A stretch of DNA of 64,000 nt from the human T2T-CHM13v2.0 reference genome, Homo sapiens (GCF_009914755.1 NC_060943.1), one strand, 5' to 3'; counted from the stretch's first letter, positions 28,156 through 41,760 are shown. Notes: generated by a model not told the origin, from the letters alone. Numbers and translations: made by a program.

Positions 28156-29559
28156 GACTTTTAGAATTTCAAGGGCTGATAGGTCCTCCTTCTGGTTCCT
28201 CTCTTGGGGAAGGGCAGAGTCCTGCGACGGTAGAGCTGGGGGAGGAAAGAGCAAACATGAGAGGCTAGGCTTGCCTCACAGTTCCTAGAATGCCAAGTTA
28301 CAAGTCCCCACCTGCTTGCCCTCTGCCCACCAAGAAAATGAGAAGGAGGGGGAGGCAAAGGGATCCTCACCCAACCCCAGGAAACCAGCTTTAGCTGCTG
28401 CAAGGCAAAGGGGAACCAGTGGTCCTTTCCCTCCCATTTCCCCTAAACATCCAGTGGTTCTGTTTTGCTGCAAATGCAAGTCTAAGACAGGGATGCTGAG
28501 GGCTGTTCTAGTGACTGAGACCCACATGTTACCTCAAGGACAAGGAGGGCTTCCCTCAAGCCAGGGAGCATAGAAGGCCTGCATCATTTGCATAGCCCCA
28601 GCCTAGAATAAAGCCTTTCCAGGACTAGGCCATTTAACTCTCTCCTGCAGCAAATATAACACCTTTGAAAGTCTACCTGGCTCTTTTCCCAACCGCCAAA
28701 TATACAAAAAGCTCTACAGCCCAAACTGAGGCTTTGTGCATGCCACTTCATGGAGCATGCCTTGCATCAACAAATGGGATAGAGTTGGAAGGAACAGTAA
28801 GAGACAAATTACACACAGCACGCCCAGTGCTCCATTATCAGCACATAAATGTGTCCTTCCATAGAGACACAGCAGTGCACAAAGCTGCATGTCCAATAAT
28901 ATTTGCTAAATAGGAGAACTGAAAATTAGTACGTAAGTAGGCAAGTCCACAAGTAGCCAAGAGGTTGAATCATTTTTGGCACAGCCATATAATGGGATGC
29001 CAAGTGACTATCAAAAATGACTATCAAAAACTGACAAGCAAAGATATTAACTACTGAATCCTTTGAGAACATTCAGCAAAAAGAAGTCAAACTCACTAAC
29101 ACACAGGCTAAAAACAAAACAAAACAAAAAAATTGGAAGAAAAAACACCCAAGTATTCGCAGTGTTGTCATTTAACCAGTTCTTTAGCTCACTGTTAAAC
29201 AAGAAGTACTCTGTAAAGGAGTATATAAGGTGCCTACTGCATTACAAACATTTGGTTCTAAGTAACGTGTAAGTGAAATAATTATGAATGTTGCTTAATA
29301 TGATGTAATAGGCAGCTTTTCCTTATTATGACCACTTTTATAAGCATTATTTGTATTAACTGCACGATATCCTATTTACAAAGGATGGCCTGTGATCCAC
29401 TCAAGTGTTTCCCCATTGCTGGACATAGAATTTGAACATATAAAATGTTCCCAAGTATAAGTTTTTCTAAACTAGCGGTTCTAAGTCTTCTGGGGTCTTG
29501 TAACTCTCTGAGAACCTCATGAAACAAGATTTCCTCTCAGATTAAAAAAAAAAAAAAGG

Positions 29560-30360
29560 CACGCATAACAGTGAATGCAAAACATCCGCAATTTCAGGGG
29601 GTCGGAGACCCCTGCGCACCCACCTAAGGGGTCCATGCACCTGGGCTATGAGGCTGGAAGCAGAAAGGGGGCGCCAGAAAGCGCACGCCGCGAGGGCCGG
29701 CGGGAAATGTAGTCTCACGCCGGTAAAGCCACAGAGCGACGATGAGGCGAGACGTCTGCGTTCTTCTCAGGCCTGAGACCCAACCGGCCCGGGCACCAGC
29801 TCCTGCTGGACCCCAGAGCGCCTGGAAAGCTCCGGAACCTCTCACCTGCCGCCTCCTCGGGTCCAAGTGCCACCGCGGCCGCGCCCCCGGCAGCCCAGGG
29901 CGCGCTTCCACCACGGTACCGGTGGATTCGCCGTGCGCAGCCGGAAGATGGCGCAGACGCACAAAGCACACCGATGCTGCGCCATGATAGGGCCGGCGCC
30001 GCAGTGTCTTCCGGGAAACATAGTCTTTAGGCGTAAAGGCAGCAGCCCGGCCTTGAAGCCGGATCTCGCGATGTTTCAGGGTGAGCCGGACGCAGGCGTG
30101 CCTGCGCAGTGCGCGGAGGAGTGCTGTTCGTGTGTTCGAGTCCCTGGGTTGCTTCCTGGGGTCTGTGGTGCTGGGTGTGCTATCTGCGTGTGATTCTCTA
30201 GCGAGAGATTGTGGGCGAGTGACCGAGTGGGCAAGGGGCCGTCACTGTGTGTGCGTGATTTTGACAGTGTGTGGTGGTAGCTTCTGACTCCGCGTGGGTC
30301 GTTGAATGTATGACTGGGACCGTTTAGCGGTGGATACACAACTGTGTGCGGCTGTGGAAG
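29560..30360. promoter_or_regulatory. Bidirectional CpG-island promoter of ZNF582 and ZNF582-DT
   Basis: CpG-dense; ZNF143-like GACTACATTTCCCG (minus, 29701-29714) and GACTATGTTTCCCGG (minus, 30011-30025); composite ETS/YY1 CCGGAAGATGGCG (29941-29953); minus-strand donors at 29846 and 29719; plus-strand donor at 30080. Confidence 0.85.
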
Positions 30361-32058
30361 ATTGCCTCATCCGTTACGTTCCCATTTCCGTGGAACAACA
30401 GTTTTACCAGAAGGTTTCGAAGGAACCTTAAAGTTTGGAAGCGTAAGAGTTTATCTGGTAACTAATTTTAAACATTACATCTATGGTGAGTTAAATGTGG
30501 GTTATGAAGGAGAACGCAAAATAAAAACGTTATAAAGATGTAAAGGAGTTTTATGGGGCGGCATCTCTTGGGCAAATATCAGACCGCCGTAGGTAGTTGT
30601 TAATTCTCTCGTTTTTAGGCGGCTTTGGTGTCATCAAATGTGAGAAGCCCTGGACTTTACACATCCCGAGCCAGTGTGATCCAGTATGATTGGGAGTCCG
30701 AGTGCCAGATGCCGGTCAGGACCTGTTATGCTGGGTCTCAGAATGCGGAAACTCTCCCTGTCCGAGGTGGAACAGTTTGTCCTTGAGTGAGGACTGGAGT
30801 CCTGAGTGACTCTTTTGATTTGATCCTGTTTCCCTCAAACCTGGTGAGCTCTATGGTGTAATAAATGGTTAAGAGTGTGAACCCTTAACCATCTCTAAGA
30901 CTGGAGCCAGAATGCCTGAACTCCAGTCTTAGAGATGTGCCTCGATCTCCACATTTGAAAGTGAGGATGATTGTGGCATCTAATTCATTGAGTTGTTGGG
31001 GAGGAGTAACTGATATGTAAAATAATGCTACTGCTGCTGGATAAGGATGCTGATATGACTGAAGCTAATGCTTTCTTTCTGCAAAGATGCTTTTTCCAAA
31101 ACACACCATATTGCCTCTTTACACATTCTTCAGGAGAGGGTAGAGGCTGCATTTTCCTTGTAGGTGCGGTGATGTGGTGGAAAGCACACTTTTAGAATTA
31201 GACAGATGTGGATTCAAATAGCATTTCAGCCATTTATTAGTTTCTTCGTGCCTATCTCGGTTTTGTTTTTTTTTTTTTTTTTGTCCATAAAAGGAAGAAT
31301 GTAATGCTGGGCTTGCAGCTTTGTCCTGAGGGTCAAATAAAATGATTTAATAATATAAGCAAAGCTCAGAGGTTGGTTATTGCTGATTACTGATATTAAA
31401 AGACAACTTCAGCAAGGATGGTTGAATTTCACACTTGTGAGCGGACAGTTGAGGAGACAGTTGTAGATTTATCCTACTTGACCTTATTTGTGGTTCAAGA
31501 CAGTGTTGCGAGTTCAAGAGGAGAGGGTAGATGCAAAAAGTCATCATCTTTCCTATGTTCTCTGATCTTGGGAAGGGGCGAGTGGCTCTAGTTTCCCTTT
31601 AACATCCCACTGTGTTGAGTGTGTCTATATGTACATGCGTCAGTATTTGCTTATGGAGGAAAGGAAGGAAAAAGACCAAACAGGTACAAAGCCAGCCATC
31701 TCTCAGGCTAACTTTCTTCTATACCATTTTTACTTTCTCACATTCATTAATCTGCCAAAGAGAAATTTAGAGGATGATGAAATGGCCACTTCTGACTCTG
31801 AACCAAGCCTCTGAAGTCATACACCATTATACTCTTGGTCACAAAATCAGCTGTGAGTCTAAGTAGGTGGAGGCTACACAAGAGTATAAGTACTAGGAGG
31901 CAGGGATCATTCAGGGTCGTCTTAGAGGGTGGCTTCCAGTTTCTTCCTTTTAAGAGTATGAGAATGCTCTGAGCTAGCCTCTCCATTCCATGGAATCCAT
32001 AGGTCTTTTGTCAGCCACTTCCCAGTACACATTCCTGTGCCAAAGCACATGCAGAGTT

Positions 32059-33047
32059 TGTAGGGTCCAGCCCCACAGGGTCGGTTGGTTTCTCCCCGTG
32101 TGCGGAGACGAGAGATTGTAGAAATAAAGACGCAAGACAGAGATAAAAGAAAAGACAGCTGGGCCCAGGGGACCACTACCACCAAGACGTGGAGACCGGT
32201 AGTGGCCCCGAATGCCAGGCTGCGCTGATATTTATTGGATACAAGACAAAGGGGCAGGATAAGGAGTGTGAGCCATCTCCAATGATAGGTAAGGCCACAT
32301 GGGTCACATGTCCACTGGACAGGGGGCCCTTTCCTGCCTGGCAGCCGAGGCAGAGAGAGAGAGGAGAAAGAGAGAGAGAGCTTACACCATTATTTCTACT
32401 TATTAGAGACTTAGTACTTTCACTGGTTTGCTACTGCTAACTAAACGGGAGAGCCAGGTGTACAGGATGGAACATGAAGGCGGACTAGGAGCGTGACCAC
32501 TGAAGCACAGCATCACAGGGAGACGGTTAGGCCTCCGGATAACTGCAGGTGGGCCTGAGGCCCTCCACAAGTGGTGGAGGAGTAGAGTCTTCTCTAAACT
32601 CCCCCGGGGAAAGGGAGACTCCCTTTCCCGGTCCGCTACGTAGCAGGTGTTTTTCCTTGACACTAACACTACTGCTAGACCACGGTCCGCTTGGCAACGG
32701 GCATCTTCCCAGATGCTGGCATCACCGCTAGACCAAGGAGCCCTCTGGTGGCCCTGTCTGGGCATAACAGAAGGCTCGCACTCTTGTCTTCTGGTCACTT
32801 CTCACTATGTCTCCTCAGCTCCTATCTCTATATGGCCTGGCTTTTCCTAGGTTATGATTATAGAGTGAGGATTATTATAATTTGGAATAAAGAGTAATTG
32901 CTACCAACTAATGATTAATGATATTCATATATAATCATATCTAAGATCTATATCTGGTATAACTATTCTTGTTTTATATTTTATTATACTGGAACAGCTC
33001 GTGTCCTCGGTCTCTTGCCTTGGCACCTGGGTGGCTTGCCGCCCACA
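32059..33047 (-). mobile_element. LTR13-family (HERV-K-related) solo LTR
   Basis: Minus strand starts TGTGGGCGGCAAGCCACCCAGGTGCC and ends GGACCCTACA; 989 bp; TSD GAGTT. Confidence 0.88.
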
Positions 33048-33547
33048 GAGTTACTCCAGCAGCTCCCTCTCCTGTTATCCCCAGCCATATCCGTGCTTCT
33101 GCCAGATTCCTTCTGTTTCAGGATCACCCATTATCACTTGAATGAGATCAACTGTGGGGAGGTGGGCCATATTCTGTTGTGCATAGTAATCCAAGCAAGG
33201 AATCACACAACAAAGTGGGTTCTAACCCAATCTTAGCTACTTACTCCCTGAGTGACCTTGGGCACCTCCCCCAATTTTTCTGACCTAAAATCTGTGCATT
33301 ATAATAATAATAAATTTCCACGGAGGAAGTATAACCTTTTCAACAAACAGTGCTGGAGCAACTGGACATCCATAGCCAAAAAAGAAAAAGGATAAAAGGC
33401 TTTTCTGCAGTACTAATCCAGGAGAAAAATAAATGTATTGCATCTTCCTTGTGACAACTGAGGACAAAATACATGTGGCCTCTCTCTGAGGACTTTTTTT
33501 TTTAAGAGACAAGGTCTCACTCTGTCACCCAAGCTGGTGTGCAGTGG

Positions 33548-34145
33548 TGTTCCTGGACTGAACTGAAGGTCAGGCTGCTTATTCTCGCAGCCCTATAACA
33601 AGATGCTGATGAACTGTGAAAGAAGAGAGTTTTATTTCTGTAACCGGGTACAGGGAGAGGGCCAGAAAAATATTGCCAGACCAACTCAAAATTACAAAGT
33701 TTTCCAGTGCTTATCTACCTTCTAAGCTATATGTCTACATGTTAGTGTGCATTCATCTAAAGACACAAGTGATTAATTTCTTCTAATCTATAACTAAGGT
33801 CTGAGTTATAGACCTTGGGGACATTCCTCTGGAGCCTCAGTGATTTTACTTACTCTAGATGGGTCCAAGTGCCAAAGGTAATTACCTTATCTTGTCTCCT
33901 ACTAAGTTATGGAGGTCTGGAGAGTTCCTTTAGACCCCCAATAAAACTTGTTTAATCCTAAATGGATCCTGGTATGAGGAGTGTGACCATTCCTTCATTA
34001 TTTTGTCATGCTTCAAATCATCAGCCTTTGTGTTAGGGCGCTGGCTCTCTCAGCCTTTAATATTTAACCTAACCATTTAGTCAATGCTAGAACAGTTCTT
34101 ATGGAGGCCTGCCTGTTCAGTTTTTGTGAGATCTGGCTTGCCACA
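33548..34145 (-). mobile_element. ERV1 solo LTR, same family as 7630-8275
   Basis: TG...CA termini; TSD GTGG; reverse-complement similarity to 7630-8275. Confidence 0.85.
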
Positions 34146-34368
34146 GTGGCACAAACGGCTTACTGCAGCCTCAACTTCCTGGGCTTAAGCGATCCTCCTA
34201 CCTCAGCCTCCCAAGTAGCTGAGAACACAGGTGCGTACCACCACACCAGCTAATTTTTCTTTTCTTTTTTTTTTTTCTGTAGAGATGGGAGCCTCACTGT
34301 ATTGCCCAGGCTGGTCTTGAACTCCGGAGCTCAAGTGATCGTCTTGCTTCAGCCTTGCAAAATGATGG

Positions 34369-34992
34369 TGAAGCTGCATCATTGTCTGGGGTAAATACCT
34401 GAGGTTCGTTGTCTCACGCCAAGGGAATCAAGGACGTGGACACACAAGAAGTGAGTTTAAGAGCGGAGGTTTAATAGGCGAAAGAGAAAAGAGAATAGCT
34501 CTAGCTCCTGCAGAGAGAAAAGGGCTCCCAAGTAGGACTTCCAGTCCGTGGCGAAGGGCACGGGGTTTATAGACTGGCTTCAGGAGGTGGTGTCTGATTT
34601 ACGTAGGCCCCAAAGATTGGTTGGACCAGGTGTGCCAATCAGAAGCTGGCTGCCCCACCCTAATCTTTTATTATGCAGATGGAGTCCCTGTCTGACCGGG
34701 CCATGTTGTATGTTCCTTGCTGTACACGTGGTTGACAAAGAAAAGGGAAGATGGAGCTGCGATGTTGGACATGCCTGGCCCCCAGGTAGCTTTTTCCTAT
34801 TGGCACAGCTGCTGGCATTCACCCGTGCAAACTTCCAGCTTGCTTATCTATGTCTGCAGCTTGATTTTTCAGGCTGCTGTTTGTTAGAAAAGAAATGACT
34901 TGGGGGCTGCTTTTCATTAAAAGGAAAACCTTACCGGGGATTTCCTTACCCTCACTATCTGCCTAAATAATTTCTTTTTAACTCCTATGTCA
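34369..34992 (-). mobile_element. LTR9-like (HUERS-P3) solo LTR
   Basis: Minus strand starts TGACATAGGAGTTAAAAAGAAATTATTTAGGCAGATAGTGAGGG and ends GCAGCTTCA. Confidence 0.8.
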
Positions 34993-35132
34993 CTTGGGAT
35001 TACAGGCATGAGCCGCTGTGCCTGCTAGAGGGTTTTTTATCTTTATTCCTCAAGATTTTGCATTTAGATAATTATGTTAAACTTGGGTGTGCTAGGTAGA
35101 CATACGTCTGCTGATTACCTGTTTAGGAAGAA

Positions 35133-35642
35133 TGTGGATTCGTACGTAGGGAAAAGGAGTCAGGCTGGTGGGACCAGGGGAAAGCAAAGAGATAAAGCAA
35201 ATAAGCTATAGATCTGCATTTTCTTCATGGTCCAGGATATATAAACAAAAAAAGGAAGCAGATAAGCTATAGGCTTGCTTTTCTTTATGACCCAGGACAT
35301 ACAGCCCTGCCGAGCAAATAATGAACGTAACTCACAAACTTCCTGCTTATCATCAAACGCACGCATCCACTTATCATCAAACACCTCGGGTGACAGAAGA
35401 ATGCAGGTCAGCTCCCTGCTGCCTTGGCATTATCAATCAGCCCAGGAACCATCCTATAAAATCTCCAGCAAGCCTTTGTTTCCTTGCAGTCAGCTCCTCT
35501 TCCACTGATTCTGCCTGTTGCTCCCTGATAACATACTTTGATACTGTCTTTAATAAATCTGCCTTTCTTCACCCACAGCTGTCTTGGTAAGTTCTTTTAC
35601 CTCTGTGCCACCAGCCCAAACAGTTGCTGCTCACCTGAAACA
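35133..35642 (+). mobile_element. MER84/MER83-like ERV1 solo LTR
   Basis: TG...CA termini; TSD AAGAA; CCTATAAAA and AATAAA (35552). Confidence 0.7.
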
Positions 35643-35756
35643 AAGAATAAATGTGGTTTTTAAGCAAATCAAAGTTTACTTAGTGACTCTTACCAAGCTT
35701 TGTAGAAGGTTGTGCCAAAAGGAGAAGCTTAAGAGATAACGGCTAAAAATAAAAAA

Positions 35757-36483
35757 TGTTACCACTGCCCAAGGGGTTCTTCCTGCCCACTGCATAAAGA
35801 AAGACCATGGCATTGTAGTAGAGAAAGAGGTTAATAGACATGAGGCTGGCCACGCCACATGGGAAATGGAGTTCGTACTCAAATCATCTAATCCAAAGCT
35901 CTTATCTTAGAGGTTTTTCAAAGTCACTTTGGGGGAAGGGGTGGGAGTGGCCAGATAACAGGTGCTTGCTGCTGATTCGTTGGGCTGGAGATGAAATCAT
36001 AGGGGGTCAAAGCTCTCCTTGTGTGGGGTGAATTGCTTCTGGGTGGTGCCACAGGAACTGGGTTGGTTAGTCCAAGTGGAACCATCAGGTCCAGGTGGAG
36101 CCATGGGTGTCAGACATGAAAAAACCTGAAAAGATATCTCAAAAGGCCAATCTGAGGTTCTACAGTAGTGATGTCATTTGTAGTAGTAATTGGGAAAGTT
36201 GCATATCCTATAACCTTTGGAATAATGGCTGACAGTTGAATAATGCTGCCACCTTAGCAGGACCCAGACTCCTCTCCTCCCAGACTGATGGCCTCCCATT
36301 AGCTTTACAAAAACAATTGAGTTTTGGGCAAAGCCTGTTATTTAAACTATAGCGTAAATGTCTTCCAAAGTTAGCTCAGCCCTATAGCCCAGGAATAATT
36401 AAGGGAAAGGCAAGATAGGTGGGTTAGCTCAGTTTACTATAATAATTTTTCTCACTGATACAGTTTTTGCAAAGGTGGTTTCA
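35757..36483 (-). mobile_element. LTR8-like ERV1 solo LTR
   Basis: Minus strand starts TGAAACCACCTTTGCAAAAAC and ends GGTAACA. Confidence 0.7.
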
Positions 36484-36617
36484 TAAAGATGCCTACTCTC
36501 TTCACACATTTGTGAAATGTCGAAAAGACTGCAAAAACCTGGACGTTTACTGATGCCTTATTTTAAACAAGGCTTGTCTGGTTTGAAAAAGTGAGGGGAA
36601 GCTATCAATCATAATTT

Positions 36618-37162
36618 TGTTAAATACAGTGAGTTCTAAGTTTCTCCTCAAAGAATCTGTGTCAGTATGTTCAGTTCTTTGTTTTCCATTTTAAAGTTTA
36701 ACTTCCTCATTCTCTTCATCTCCTTGCCCCTAGTTTCAGTAAACAACCTCCCTGCCAGTTCTGATCAGTAGTTCACATCTGTTCTCCTGGTCACTTGCTC
36801 CATCCTGAGACCCCTGGTCACCCGCTCTAACCTAAGTCACCTTTAGTCACCTATTCCGTAACCGTCTTTCCTGCCACAACTGCTCACCCCACCACTGTAG
36901 CTCTTAACCCCTGCTGTCTTTAAAATAGCCAATCGGAATTAGCTTAGACTGTGCAGTCCAACCCTAGCCAATAGGGGAACGATGCAACAGTAGGGGCTAC
37001 CTGTGTCAGGGATAAGAACCCCTTCCCCTCCCTTGTTCAGGTGTGCTCTCACCATTGTTCCATCCACAAGATGCACCCTTCTGTAGAAGTAAAATTGCCT
37101 TGCTGAGAAAATTTCTGTTCGAATGCTATTTCTTTTGTGGCACCGAAAATTTATTTCTAACA
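36618..37162 (+). mobile_element. LTR10-family (HERV-I) solo LTR
   Basis: TGTTAAATACAGTGAGTTCT...TTCTAACA; TSD ATTT; internal GTCACC repeats; two CCAAT boxes. Confidence 0.8.
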
Positions 37163-37374
37163 ATTTCAACACTCAAACACAACCCAACTACAATTTTTGT
37201 GGATTATGTTCCTTTTACTTTTTAGGAACAGTTTTCCAATGTTGCAGTCATAATGCAATTTTATCAGCTTTGTTCCTCCTTTAAGAAACCTTAATACAAG
37301 AAGTATTTTTACATGTTGCTTCATTGCCATGCAATTATTCGTTTAAAAAGTTGTATAGTTTTCAATCAGATAGA

Positions 37375-38286
<912 letters not shown>

Positions 38287-38325
38287 ACATACTGTTATTT
38301 ATTTGACCATTCTTCTACTTGTAGC

Positions 38326-38630
38326 TGTGGAGTCCTGATAAGTAAGCAACAATGAGGAAGGGGCCCCAGTGGGGAAGTACAATGAACAGTTGTCCTGAGA
38401 AATGGCTAATCAAACAACAGCTCTCTCCAGGATGACCCTATAAAACTTCCTTCCAGCTCCTGCCTCTTTGCAGACAGCTCCTTCTCTCCTGTGCTGCCAG
38501 TTGCAACCTTGCAATGTATTTTCATACGTTCTCTAATAAATCTGCCTTTCTTTAGGACTGTCCTGGTAAATATGAGACTGTTTTCTTTACCGCCTTTGAT
38601 ACAAGCCCTATCTAGTTGCTACCCATGACA
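38326..38630 (+). mobile_element. MER83B-like LTR
   Basis: TGTGGAGTCCTGATAAG...CATGACA; near-TSD GTAGC/GTAGG; TATAAAA and AATAAA. Confidence 0.7.
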
Positions 38631-38677
38631 GTAGGTATATTGTTTATGTTCAACATTTTATTATAAACAATGTTTCA

Positions 38678-38972
<295 letters not shown>

Positions 38973-39198
38973 TTAGTATTTTTTGCTGATATCATAGTTG
39001 CGTTTGTTTAATTTCCTCAAATAAAATTCCCAGCTTATATGATGCTCTTTGTCACTGGCAACTTTGGTCAGACAATTAAATGAAGCAATTGAAGGGCACA
39101 ACAGGATTTTGGAAGGGATGGTACAGGATTGGGAGATAAACTAGAGATAGGAGTTTATAAAATATTTTCAAAGACAGATTGAAGAATAGGAATAAGAG

Positions 39199-39979
39199 TA
39201 TGATATTGTGAAATATATATTTGATCTTCCTAGCATAGAACTTCTAAAATCCTTAGAAACTACAAAGTAACAGTAAAAACTCATTTTGTATGCTAATGAG
39301 TTGACAGCTGGCAACCCCTATAGAGTTTCAGGATGGGGACTGGTTATGGAAAGACCAAGACATGACTAGAAGGTTGGGACATTCAACCCCACCCCCAACC
39401 CTAAGGAGGGGACGGGATTTTAATCAACCATGCCTATGTAATGAAGCCTCTGTAAAACTCCCAAAAGACAGGGTTTAGAGAGCTTCCACCCAGCTGAACA
39501 TGTGGAGGTTACTGGAAGGTGCAACACCCTTTTTTCTGTACTTTGCCCTACGCATCTCTTCATCTATATCATTTGTAATATCCTTTATAATAAACTAGTA
39601 AACATAAGTGTTTCCTGAGTTCCGTGAGCCACTCTAGCAAAATATCGAACCGCAAAGAGGGGGTGGTGAAAATCCCAATTTGAAGGTGGTGGAGTCAGAT
39701 GTTCCAGAGGCTAGACTTTAGTGGGAAGTGGGAAGGGGGAGGCAGGCTTGGGGACTGAGCCCTCAGCGAATGGTGTCTGACCCATCTCCAAGTAGACGGC
39801 GTCGGAATTAAACTGGAGGACACCCAGCTGGTGCCCGCTGCAGAACTCACTGAACTCATTGCTTGCTTGAGATGTGTGGGAAACTCCCCTATATTTGGTC
39901 AGAAAAGTCTTCTGTTATGATTAGTTGTCGTTGAGATAATAGAAAAAAAATGCACCTTGCGTTTTTTCCACTGATTCAG
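39199..39979 (+). mobile_element. MER21-like LTR
   Basis: TGATATTGTGAAATATATATTTG start; TTTTGTATGCTAATGAG motif. Confidence 0.7.
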
Positions 39980-40269
39980 AGGGCATAACTGAAAGAATGA
40001 AGAACTGAAAGAATGATCTTAATACTCTGCTTCGCTTTTCTTGATAATACGCATTACTTCCCAATATGCATCAGTGTCCTTTATTATTAATTTTTTCCTA
40101 TTGAATTCCTCCCGCATTAGAATGCTGCTCCATGAGGTGGGGATTTTGTCTGCTTGTTCACTGCTGTGTGCCCAGGGCCCACGACAGTGCCCGATACAGC
40201 AGGCGCTCAATAAGTGGCGAATGAAAGACAGGGCAAGGCGGAGAGAGAAGAAACAGAAAGGGAAAGAGA

Positions 40270-40905
40270 AAGCCCGGGCCGCCAGAGCGCTTAATCACAC
40301 GTACATCCTACCGGGCCCCTCTCCAGCTGGCTCAGGCTCCACACTGGTCCTCCAGCTCCCTTTTCTCAGCGATGGACTCACAGCCCCACCCGGAGCGCTG
40401 GAGCGCGGACGCGGTCACTGCGCGTGCGCCTCACCGCGCTGGCACCCCGGCCTGGCAGCCTTTGGGGACCTGAACCAGCTGCGCCTGCGCAGGTGGAACG
40501 GGTGGAACGGGTGGGGGAGCGGACAGTCGAACGGCCTGAGAGGGCTCAGCTGGTCCGGGTGGGATTCTGAAGGCCAGCGGAGGTGGGCTTACTAGGGAAA
40601 GGGGCGCAGCAGTAACTACCCGCAACTGAGCGGCGGGATCTGCGGCCGCCCGGGACCCTCGGCCAACATCCCAGCATCCTCTGCGCCGCGCCGGCCCCGG
40701 ACTCCATTTCCCAGCGGCCCCTGCGGCCTGCCCTAGGGCTGCGGCGCCTTTGTGAGCGCGGCCGCCGGCCAGGATCGAGCCCTGGCCCGGGCCCTGGCCC
40801 AGCCCCGGCCTCCAAGGACCGCGCCGAAGGAGGTGCCCACTGGAGGGAGGAGGCGGTGAGGAGCGCGGGATGGAGCTGACGCCGGGAGAGGCCATGCCAC
40901 CATGT
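40270..40905 (+). promoter_or_regulatory. ZNF583 CpG-island promoter and first exon (donor at 40855/56)
   Basis: CpG-dense; NRF1-like TGCGCCTGCGCA (40480-40491); ZNF143-like GACTCCATTTCCCAGC (40700-40715); GCG|GTGAGG donor. Confidence 0.8.
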
Positions 40906-41760
40906 GTGGGACCGTGTGTGACAGTGTGTGAGAATGTGTGAGACATTAAGGAACCGTGTGTGACAATGTGTTTGACAGTGTGGAATCGTGTGTGAGACCA
41001 TGTGTGACTGTGTGAGAATTTGAGACCGTGTGTGACAGTGTGAGAATGTGAGGCCGTGTGTGAATATGTGTGTCAGTGTGAGACCATGTGGGACAAATGT
41101 GGGACTATGTGTGACAGTATGAGACTGGGTGTGAGAATGTGTGCGACAGTATGAGACCGTTGCCCCGGTGTATGCGGGAGCCTTTGACAGTATATGGGAC
41201 CGTGTGGGACTGTGTGACACTGTATGTGCTTAAGACCACGTCACCATGTGTGAGACTGGGAATGTGTGACAGTGTTAAACTGTCATTATGTGTAGACCAC
41301 GTGTGAACAGTGTGTAAGACCATGTCACTGTGTGTGTGACCTGTGTGTGTGGGATAATGTAAGACTGTGTGACAGTGTGTGTGACTTTGTGAACAGAGCT
41401 TGACCGTGTGTGTAGGATTAGATGAGACTGTGACAGTATGTGAGACCATGTCACCGTGTGTGAGGCTATGTGTGGTTGTGTACGGTGTGTGGCTGTTGAT
41501 ATGGGACCACATGAAACTGCGACAGAATTTGTGTGACAGTGTGTGAGACTGTGTCACTGTATGTGAAACTGTATGTGAACAGAGTTTTTGTTGTTGGACT
41601 AAGATTGTATGTGACAGTGTTTGAGATTGTGCATGACAGTGTGTGTGATTATGTGAGACTGAGGGAGATGGTGTGACTTAGCACTGTATGTCATCCCGAC
41701 AGTGAGTGTGACAGTGTGACTGAGAATGGCCTTATATGACCCATTGTGAGAGCAGGGCGG
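40903..41760 (+). repeat. Degenerate TG-rich minisatellite (GTGTGACAGT / GTGAGACC / GTGAGAAT units)
   Basis: Recurrent ~10-12 nt units; gives H/T/S-rich spurious minus-strand ORFs. Confidence 0.85.

Larger units (their letters stand above)
33493..35025 (-). mobile_element. AluJ split by two LTRs
   Basis: Alu segments 33493-33547, 34146-34368 and 34993-35025 are collinear. Confidence 0.85.
29990..35580 (+). ncRNA. ZNF582-DT: Divergent lncRNA ZNF582-DT (ZNF582-AS1), approximate extent
   Basis: Plus-strand donor CAGG|GTGAGC at 30080/81; locus knowledge; 3' end inferred from LTR AATAAA at 35552; boundaries uncertain. Confidence 0.55.

Noticed and set aside
40903-41760. Possible CRISPR-like repeat-spacer array
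   Set aside because: Eukaryotic context; units are degenerate and contiguous, with no constant repeat or unique spacers
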